The notes under the pieces: generated by a model | Told to the model about the DNA's origin: nothing | Database searches by the model: none | The model's input: the letters and a program-made list of their open reading frames with translations, nothing else | Shown: in pieces, positions 54,975 to 64,000 of the stretch | Position numbering within the stretch: position 1 is the stretch's first letter | Layout of the letters: every line of letters starts with the position of its first letter | Assembly (NCBI GenBank): GCA_001179505.1 | Contig: CDMY01000413.1 | Location: forward strand, 1 to 64,000 | Source of the DNA: Vitrella brassicaformis CCMP3155 | Taxonomy: Eukaryota > Protista > Chromerida | Reading direction: 5' to 3' | DNA length: 64,000 bases | Position numbers and translations under genes: made by a program

Positions 54975-57781
54975 AAACGACACAACACACAGCACACGAC
55001 ATAGACACGGGACGGGTGTCATTTTCCCTCCCTCTCCCTGCCTCCCTGCCCGCCTGACTGCCCGCCTCCACACCTACATGGTGTGCAGGTCCCCATGCAG
55101 GATGCCCGGCAGCAGCGACTGTGCGAAGACCCTGGCCCCGCCGTAGTCGACCACCGTCTGCAGGAGCGAGCACACGTTGCGCGAGGCGGGACCCCGCCTG
55201 CCGCCCAGGATGCCCTGGTCGCCGATGGCCGGGGGCGGGAGGGGCGGCATGCGGCCCTGCACCACTGCATGGGGGTTCTCGGCCTGGTGCTGCAGGTTGT
55301 TGTACATCTCCACGGCCCTCAGGTCCAGCCGCACCGTCTCCCGCGTGGCGCTCGGACCCACCAGGGCCTCGGGCGTGTTGAGCCGGCCGACGTAGATCTG
55401 ACCGTCCTCGCCGTCATTCCTCTGGCCACTGGCGGGATCGCTTCTCTTGGCGGCGATGGCGCGCCTCTCGTTCTCTGATGAGAGGGGGATGCTGAGAAGG
55501 ATGTTGTTGTACAGGAAGATGGGCGCCTCGTTGGGGTGGGGGTCGTCGCGACTGCCGTCACCAGTGGTGGTGGTGGTGGGTGTGGATAAAGCTGCGACGT
55601 GCTCGGTGGGGTGGAAGGGCAGGGGAGGGGCGTCGCTGTTGATGGGCGGCACCTTGTTCTCGCGCACGCGCACCGCGCCGCTCGCCACTGCCGCGTGGAA
55701 GTCGCTGTACAGCTGCCGGTAAGGTACACACATGACATGTGGGAGGGAGAACGACAGAAATGAGAGCGATTCTGGCCCTGCCGTGGTGTTGTGTTGTGTG
55801 CTGGCTGGCTGACCGACCTTGAACATCATGCGGTCTCTGAACAGTTCGTCGACCTCTTTGAGGACGCTCTTGTCGGTGTTGCAGTTGGGGGGACACTCGG
55901 TGGGGGTGGGCGGGGGCGGGGGTCCCCCTCCAGCCTCCGCGACAGCGGGATCCTCCCTGGGCCTGTCCTTCTTGAGTGGCAGCTCCCTGAGCGTCTGGAA
56001 CTCCTCGTTCCACTCTCGCGGCACCCCCCATGGCTCCATTCCCACACCGTTTTCCGTCTCGAGCGACTCCTCCGCCCTGTCAAGGTCGTACTCATGCGCC
56101 TGCATAGCAAGCAACCAACATAGCCAATAATGTCAGTGTGTCTGTCTGTGTGTGTGTGAGCGAGCCTTCAGGTGCGCAAGTAGGTAAGGTACCTCGTGAG
56201 TGCGTGTGACCCAGTGAGTGACGGGAACGAGCAGCTGCACGAGTGGCGGCACCAGGATGGTGGCGAAGCAGTGGAGGTCCGACGGACGGATGGCTATCTG
56301 ATGCAGCGCCTGACCGAATCGGGGACTGACGGATGGACGGACAAACGACACAAACGTTTGACACATCCACCAGACGGACAGATGACTCACACAGTTCCTT
56401 CCGCATTGCATGGCTCCTGCAGCTGCGGCTACCCTACCTGTATGTGCGCAGCAGGTCCGCAAGCAGGTGGTAAGTGGCGTGTTTGGCGTCTTCCTGCCCC
56501 TCATGGCCGCCAGCGGGCTTGCCATTGGGCTGTCCGCCCCCACTACCCTCCGTCGTGTCCACCTCTGCGGTTCTGAAGTAGTCAGCAATGTCCCTGCTGC
56601 TTGAGTATCTGTCGGCGGCGCACTTGATGACCCTGAAGCCCTGCTCTGTGGCCGCGATGATGAGCATCTGGTCCTCCATGGTGCGAGCCTCGTAATACCA
56701 TATGTCGCCCCGCAGCCTCCTGCGCTTGGGTGGTGGGTTCCAGCCGCTGGAGACGATGTACTCGAGGGCCTTGATGTGCGCCTTGGTGAGCATCGGGGGT
56801 GGGGCCGTCACCAGGAGCACATCGTCCTCGAGCGTGCCGGCGGCATAGAGCTGCTCCGGCCCCTTGATGGTGGGAGGCATCACATCGGTCGGATCCCGCC
56901 GCAGCAGCCCTGTGCCATCTTCCCCTCCCCCCTGCCCTGTGGTGCCCTTGCCGTGCTTCCTCTCCTTGTCCTTCTTCTTGTGGTGGTGGGACTTGGACGA
57001 TGACGGCTTCTGATGGTTGTGGTTGTTGCTGGCGTCGCTCTCGGGTGCTGAGGGGTGGCCGTTGGCGGTGGGCTGTGCTGGGGGCGTGTTCTGGATGTCC
57101 TGGAGGTCGATCTGGTTGGAGATGGCGCCGGTGCTGTCGGCATTGACGATGATGTGCTGGTCCTTGGTCAGGACGTCGCGGAGCCGACGCACGTGCAGCT
57201 TCACCGTCCGCTCGTTGTAGGGATCTGAAGAATGAGGGTGGGAGGAATCAGACAGAGACCATCAGGTGGGCTGGGTGCGTGTGATTGTGTTTCAGGTGCG
57301 GACGGACAGACATACCCCCGACTAGTTTGAGAACGGATCCATCCTTGAGCCCCTCGGTGCTCCGCAGCTCTGCAGAGCTCTGCAGACGGCGACCCTCATA
57401 CTCAAGCTGTGACACACACGCAGGCACACACATCCCACGGCACGGCACGGCACGGCACGGCACAGAAAACGACACACACCAAGCCAAGTGAGACTGAATG
57501 GTGTGGGCGAGGAGCCTCCCTCCCTCACGTGATAGGCCGTGAAGAAGCATGTCGGCAGCAGCTCCACCAGGAGGTTCTCGATCTCACTCGCACTGTCGTG
57601 AGGCGATATGTCTGAACACACAGCACCACCACACCACACCACACACATACTTGCTCCATGCATCAGCTTCAGCCGTTTGCACCTGCCCATTTATCCGTCT
57701 AGTTTGCGTACCGACGTAGACCGACGCCCCAGCCGGGGTCGGGAGTTCGACTTTGAGCTTCCATTGCGCCCTGCACTCCAT
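51052..57781 (-). CDS. CLU1: Clueless/CLU (clustered mitochondria) family protein with TPR region
   Basis: LPTCFFTAYH, PYNERTVKLHVRRLR, SGWNPPP...GDIWY, EWNEEFQTLRELP, FLYNNI, VVDYGG.RVFAQSLLPGIL, GADGRLYICDLSRLTPRDLN, RPEFV, HRHGVNLRYLG and TPR-like helices. Confidence 0.93.
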
Positions 57782-58106
57782 CCGCTCAAGCCAGGCAGAC
57801 GAATGGGATGGTGACCTCCAAAGCAGTGAGGCGGTCTGAAAACACACACGCACAAGAGGCCGGAGATTGGACTGTCCTCTCTGCCATCCATTGGGCAAGT
57901 CGTCCGTTTGTGTGCAGCTCACCTCTGCCAATGCGACTCGCGAGCCTAGGGGCACTCACGGCGGCGAACACACCTGCCCTCCACTTGCCCTCCTTCCTCT
58001 GGGGCGAAGCTCGCAATTGGCAATCCGGGTCGACATCGGCAGAAACGCTGACTGAGGAGGCATTATACTCCCCTCAGGGCCCGGAGATTGCCAGTTCTTT
58101 CTAGAA

Positions 58107-61100
58107 ATGAACGGAAAGTGCCAGGTGAGCCCGGGGAAAGCGCTGGATGGTTTCTTGACGTTTTCACTCATTGCATGCAGGCGTGACGACAGTACCAGCT
58201 GCTATCAGACGATGCTTGTTGTTGCGGCCTCTCACAGCCTGACCATTCGACGCAAGAAGCCGTGGAAGCGGGCCGTTTGGGATCCCTGCAGTCAGGTAGT
58301 ACCAGGAGGGAAAAATGCGCCCCTGTGTCTGCCTGCAGATGTGGTGTGTCTGACATGGTTCGCGTGTGTGCAGGGCGCCTCATCTGATGGAGTTAGTTTC
58401 GTGTTGGTTGACGAGCATCGCGTGGCGGAGCTGTCAGAGGACGGCACGGCCCCCCGGAAGAATGCTGTCACCCGGCGCATGGGCCACCGCCTCAGGCTCA
58501 TCTCCCACCAATCATCAGGTACTCTCACTCAGAATTCACGGCCCCTCTATTCACCACACTGTGCTGCCTCCGTCCATGTGCGTGTGGGTGTCAGGTGGGT
58601 ATGTGGCTGGTGTGCAGTCTAGTGGCGGCATGTTTGTGTGGAATCGGCATTCGGGCACTGTGCACATCGTCGCCGCCACCCCCCTCCTCCCGTCCCTTAT
58701 AGAGGAGGCCATCCGATGGCTGTAAGTCCACACATTCGCGCATAATGCCGATTGGCTCTCACATGCGTCTGTCTGTGCTGTGGGTGTGTGGCGAGCCTCT
58801 CTCTCGTCGTTCAGCGATTCGGGGTCCGGGGGCGACGGCGGTGTGGGTTTGTCTCAGTACCTGCCCTCCTCCCTGCTCAGGCTGCGCAAGAGCCGCCAGG
58901 CGCAGCTCGCGGCCACTGCTATGATACGCTCCATCGACGTCAGCGCCGATGGTGTGGACATGATAGATATGTCACAACAAGGCGTTGATCAATCCATCGA
59001 GATAGCATAGCTGCCTGCATTCATGTGCCCTTTGTGCATCTGTCTGTCAGGCTGCCTGGTAGCGGTGACGACGCAAGAGGGCAACTTGTGGATCTGGACT
59101 GCACTCCAATCGGCCGCTGAGCACGGTAGGTCGCATCGCAGCCAAGGCTTCGCTTCACGCCAGCTCAGCACGCATAATGTCTGTCTGTCTGCATGTTTGT
59201 GTGTGTGCGGCGGTTGATGCGATGTGTGCAGGGCAGTGGCATTGCGTTGAGCCCCTCCAGCGGCCCTTGCCGTCACAACCCGCCGCCGCTGCTCCCATAG
59301 CCAAAGTCCAGAGGGTCGTCTTCATGCGCGACGAGGTATCCTGACAGAAAGACCCACGCCCACAACGCCACTACACGCCGATGCTTCTGCCCTGCTCCCT
59401 GCTGCAGAGGGTGGGGCAAGCCGTCCTAATGGTTAGTGTGGGCCTCTATCGCTTCCAGGAGGCGGCCTGCAACGCAATCGCAGCCTATGGAGACCACGGT
59501 GCGGCGCCATGCGCCTCATGTGGGGGTGTCTACACAGTGCCGCACGGCAGTGGGAGCCGCAGCAGCGTTGTCTCGCCTGCGAGGGGGGATGACTGTCCGG
59601 CGGGCATGAACGATGACAGTGGAGGTGTCGATGGGGCCGAGGAGGAGGAGGAGATCGCGGCGCTCTGCACATTCACCCTCGCCCTGCCCAAGGACGAGCA
59701 GAGGAAAGGCGAAGGCCCTTCGTGTCGCTACGCCCAAGCGTCCTTCCTGATCCCTGTCGGCCTGTCGGAGGAGCACCTTTACACACCCCCACCATCAGCC
59801 AAGACCACATGTCCGACCATGCTACTCGACCTCAGCAGCAGCGACCCTCCCCCTGACTGTCCGTCCCCTCCCTGCCTCCCCGTGGTAGCGCTGGCCATCA
59901 ATGCGAGCGTCCCCACCAAGGCCCAGCTGCTGCTCGTGCACATCCCGGGGCTCATCATGGGGCTGGCTTCACTCGCCAGGGGCCGCCGGCTCGGCAGCAC
60001 AGGGCAGCCCTGTGGTGGTCACTGCCCGCTGTGTGAGGGATTGGGTGATGGTGTGAGGGGGGCCGTGACGCCTCCATGGGTGCCTGTGGCGACGAGGGTG
60101 CAGCTGGCCAAGGTCTTCCTGCAGGAGGTGCCATCCACTGCAGCTGTGGCAGCTGGTGGCCAGCCGGCTGTGGGGCTGGCGGCTGTCGACATGGTCGCCG
60201 GTGTGGCATGGGAAAGTGGTGGCCGATTCCTCGCCGTTGCATTCCGGTGCGGTGACACGACGATAGACAGACAGCAAATGCGTCCGTCCGTCATTCTGAT
60301 GTGAGTGGTGTGGTGTATTTTCGTACGCGTGCAGGTCTGGTCTGGTCGGCTTCATCTCGGCTGTGGGCGGAGGTCTCTTGGCAACATTCCATCCCTTGGC
60401 CGGGTCGTCCCTCCAGTCCGAGCCCATCCTCTCGCCCTTCTGGGCCTTCTTCGCCCCTCCCTTCGCCCCTCCCACGCCCCCAGCCTCACAGCCCCATCGC
60501 GACAAATACCCGCCGCTTCACTCTATCGGCTTCCACCCGTCAGCGCCCCTGATGCTCCGGAGCGACGGCTTCAGTGTGTGCAGCTTCTCCCTCACACTGC
60601 TGCCGTCGACCAGCCCGACCATCCCCCGACCACCGCACGAGGGGCTCACACATGTCCTCCAGCGTGTGTGGGAGGAGGTGGTCCACCCCTGCACGGCCAA
60701 ATACGACGGTGCTGTGCGGCCCAAGGGCGTCTTGGCGGCCGGGGAGGACGGCGAGGGGCGACAGGGGCTGGCTTTGGAGGGCGTGTCGGCTTATTTGGGC
60801 CGTGTGGGTGAGGTCGACTCGTTGCTTGCGCTTGAGATGGTGTGGTGGATATGTCGGTGGATGACCCTGGCTGTGAGCCTCGACCCGGGCCATGTGCTCG
60901 CCGGCGTGAGGCAGCTGCTGCGCTGGGCGCTCAAGCGCCAGAAAGCATCAGACCAACACACAGGGTGTGCAAACCAACACCGGCGTGAAGGCAGTACTTT
61001 TCCTGACCTGTCTCTCTTTCCTGATCTCCATCTTCATGCAGAGCGTGTGTCGGCGCTTGTTTGCTGGAGGTACTGGTGGCGCATCGTCTTGCGCTCGAGT

Positions 61101-64000
61101 CGCCCTGCAGTGACTCTGCCGCACTGAGCACTGGGCTCCCCTCCCTGGACTTGCCTCTGGCCACTGGGTCCTCTTGTCCAGCCGGCAAGATCGCCAGGCT
61201 CCGCTCGCAGGCCAGCCTCGCGGGGCTCCGTCTGGAGATTCCCATCCTACCCCTGGCACCCCACAGCATGCCCCGCCCGCAGCCCCGCCCCGCCACACCC
61301 ACACACGCCAGGTGCGCGACGGCTTCGCTGATGCGTCTGCTTGAGCCGGTGGAGGCGCCGGAGCGGGACCACGAAGCAGACAAGCAGGAGGCAACGGCGA
61401 GGGCGGGAGAGAATGCGGCTGTGTTGGTTCGGGAGGCGCTGGCAGATGTCAAGGTGGTGTGTGAGGTGTTGCAACTCGGTCTCGGGCCTGCCGACAGAGC
61501 CAGAAGGGCCAAGAGAGAGGGAGCCACCGTGACGCACATGGGCCCCCATGTGGTGGTCGAGCCACACTACCCAAACGCCCACGCTGAGAGAGCGGGCGAC
61601 GACCACAAGGGGCAAGACCGGCGGAGCGAGACGCGGCACAACGACTGGAGGAAGAGCAAGGCGCGCGTGGGGCTGACATGGCTTCTCGAGGCTGGGACCG
61701 TTCTGTCGCACTTCATCGAAGGCGCACCGACGACGCCTCGCGAGGGAGCTATCGAGGCCCGCACGATCGCCCGACGGGTGGTGGAGACGCATGCGCGGCA
61801 CAAAGACGACACCCTTCCCGCGTCGTTGTCGCAGCCCGCTGAGAAGGCGTGGCTGACTGTGATGGCGGCACTCGTGGCGTCCAATGCGGCCGAGGTCGCC
61901 TCAGCCATCCTGAGCATGCTGTGCGACCGGTCCCTGTCCTCACCCCTCAGCCGATGGGAGGTCGTCACTCTGGTGGCGGCGACCGTCCTGCACATGGCAC
62001 TGCACCACCAGCAAGGCGACCAGACCAACCAGGACAAGGACCCCTGTGCGTCAAAGACCCCCTCCTCGGCCCCTCTGCCCAGCTCAGCTGCTTCCATCGC
62101 CATTGTGTGGACGCTCGATCTCACACGGGCGGTGCAGCAGTGGCTGCAGGACCCCCCTCCTACCCCCCCGGCATTCGAATCGATGGGGCGGCTGGCAGAC
62201 ACCGAGTCGGTCAAGCTGGGCCGCGACCTGACCACCCCTGCGGTGGGGCTGCTGGCGGTGGCGGGCAGGCGCAAGAGGCGGCGGGAGGAGGGCCCGAGGA
62301 GCACCGACTGGGAGGAGGGACACATCCCTGACATGGCCCGCCCGCTGCACGATGACGTGGTGGAGTCGACGGCAGAGTCCCCGTCACAGCCGCGGATGGC
62401 GTCGTCATCCACTGTGGCCGCCATGTTGCTGGACCGATCGGCACATGAGGCCATGTCGCCGGCCATTCCCCAGCAGCAGCAGCAGCAGCCGCCACCCACG
62501 GCATTCGTGTCTGAGCGAGATGCGATGCATCTGGAGGAGCTGCTCCTGTTCGTGTCGCTGTGCGGGTGTCTGGTGTCGGGCCAGCCTGTGCTGGCGCTGC
62601 TGCTCACCTGCATGGGGAGGGGCGAGGCGGCCGACTCCAAGCAGACACACAAGGAGGGAGTGCTGACGGTGCCTGCTGCTGTTGTCGAAACCTTGGTTGC
62701 GGCTTTGGAGGGCCGAGCGGGTGCAGACATCAAGTGCCAGGTTGGAGAGGCTCTCGTGGATGCCGTCACGGGCTGCGCGTGCACCCTCATCCAGAGAGTG
62801 AGCAGAATGAGGGACGAGGGATCATGTGCTGAATCGTAGAGTGTGACTTTGTTGCTCCGTTTCTGTGTTGCTTCCGCAGATTGACTGCAGGGACGCCGGA
62901 AAGACATCTATGTCGCCATTGCGTGTGTTGACGTCGGTCGCCACAGCCGCCCTGCGTGACAAGGAGGGGGGCCCGAACGTGCGGATCAGCTGCAGGTTCA
63001 TTCGGGAAGCCCTCTTCAGGTGAGTTCTAATGGGTCAATGACGCTGTGAGTGACACAATGCTCTTTCTCTGCTAATCCAACCACCTTTTGGTGGTCTGGT
63101 CTCTCTGTCTGCTCCGTGTGTGGTGCACTGCAGGTACTGCTACGCCATTGATCGGTACGGCAGTGTGCTGTGGCTGGGCCACACGGCATCCCTACTACAC
63201 GACATGCGGCGCACACACATGTGGCACCGTGGCATGGAGCCACAAGAGGACCCTTACAAATCCGCTGTGGTGGAGCGCATCCCCAAGCCGCTGGTGGGAG
63301 TCGGCACCGTGGAGCTCGCGAGGCTGGTCCTCGCCTCCCTGCGGCTGCACGTGGAGGCCGCCTTATCCTCGACACTCTTCAACGAGGACAGCATGCCCCT
63401 CCCAGTCCCCTTCGTCAATCGGCTGCGCCACCTGCTGACGGACGAGGCAGACATCGATGCCGTGGCCCCCCGCCTGCTGGGCTATGTGCCCCGCTGTGGG
63501 CTCTGGCGTGTGGCGACGACGTGGGACACGGTGCTGCCCACCATGATGATGCAGCGTGACGACGGAGGCGCCATCGAGACGTCTGCTCTGCTCGGCAAGA
63601 TCGCTGTGCCGCTGCAGCCGTCGGGTGAGCCCTTCTCGTCACCCCCATCATGGACACCGGTGGACATCGCCCCCCTCGGCCATGGCACCTCATCGGCGCC
63701 GTCCGACCCTCCCCCGCTGCCCGCGGAGCTGCTGACATTCGAGACCAGCCAGCTGCAGACCATGGCGCAGCTGGAGGACCACCTGTGCGCGGCCCTGGGC
63801 CTTCTGGACATCTACCGCAACGTCCGGGCCGGCCTGCAGGAGAAAACAGCCACAGGTGCGGCGGATGCGAAGGAGGCGGCCGCGCTGGAGAGTGTGGCTG
63901 AGGGGCTGCAGCACCGGATAGGGAGGGGAGTCTGGCTGCTGGTGGTGCGGGACAAGCTGCTGAAGGCCTTGCTGCGGAAGGAGCTGGCGCAGTCGGTTGC
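58107..64000 (+). CDS. CPLANE1: Large multi-exon protein with an N-terminal beta-propeller-like region resembling CPLANE1/JBTS17 (C5orf42); runs off the window end
   Basis: Colinear blocks match the human CPLANE1 N-terminus as I recall it: RKKPWKRAVW, FVLVDEHRVAEL, YVAGVQSSGGMFVWN, ALCTFT, VALAINASVPTKAQLLLV, VAGVAWESGGRFLAVAFRCG, SIGFHPSAPLMLRSDGFSV. Not database-verified. Confidence 0.7.

Noticed and set aside
48920-57945. CTCGCGAG palindrome in divergent promoters (near 48925 and 57937)
   Set aside because: It also occurs inside coding exons (near 53993 and 63317), and a few chance copies are expected at this GC content.

Overview
This is eukaryotic genomic DNA: GC-rich, gene-dense, with many short introns full of (CA)n, (TG)n, (GA)n and (TCCA)n microsatellites. 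A photosynthetic FNR with a signal-peptide plus Phe-start transit leader points to an alga with a complex red plastid, most likely a chromerid such as Vitrella (inference). The supplied ORF track is mostly noise, because the real genes are split into many exons, so I rebuilt gene models by following splice phases by eye and boundaries are approximate. In order the window holds: a Piwi-clade Argonaute (3' part, with a degenerate slicer site); a flavin monooxygenase with a 5-nt frameshift; a zf-MYND protein; plastid FNR; an ARM-TM-RING protein; a RING-CCCH protein; DusA; eIF3h; a BT1 folate/biopterin transporter; TCAB1/WRAP53; a secreted bacterial-type FAD oxidoreductase; HAT1; a GH3 beta-glucosidase; a HOTHEAD-like GMC oxidoreductase; a candidate 46-aa spliced microprotein; Clueless/CLU; and the 5' part of a large gene whose N-terminal region matches my recollection of the ciliopathy protein CPLANE1/JBTS17. 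The most notable signals are the CPLANE1-like gene, the probably slicer-dead Piwi, and a consistent 5'-(CA/GA)n...(TC/TG)n-3' polarity in introns that could form splice-bridging hairpins. No database searches were run; family calls rest on recalled motifs.
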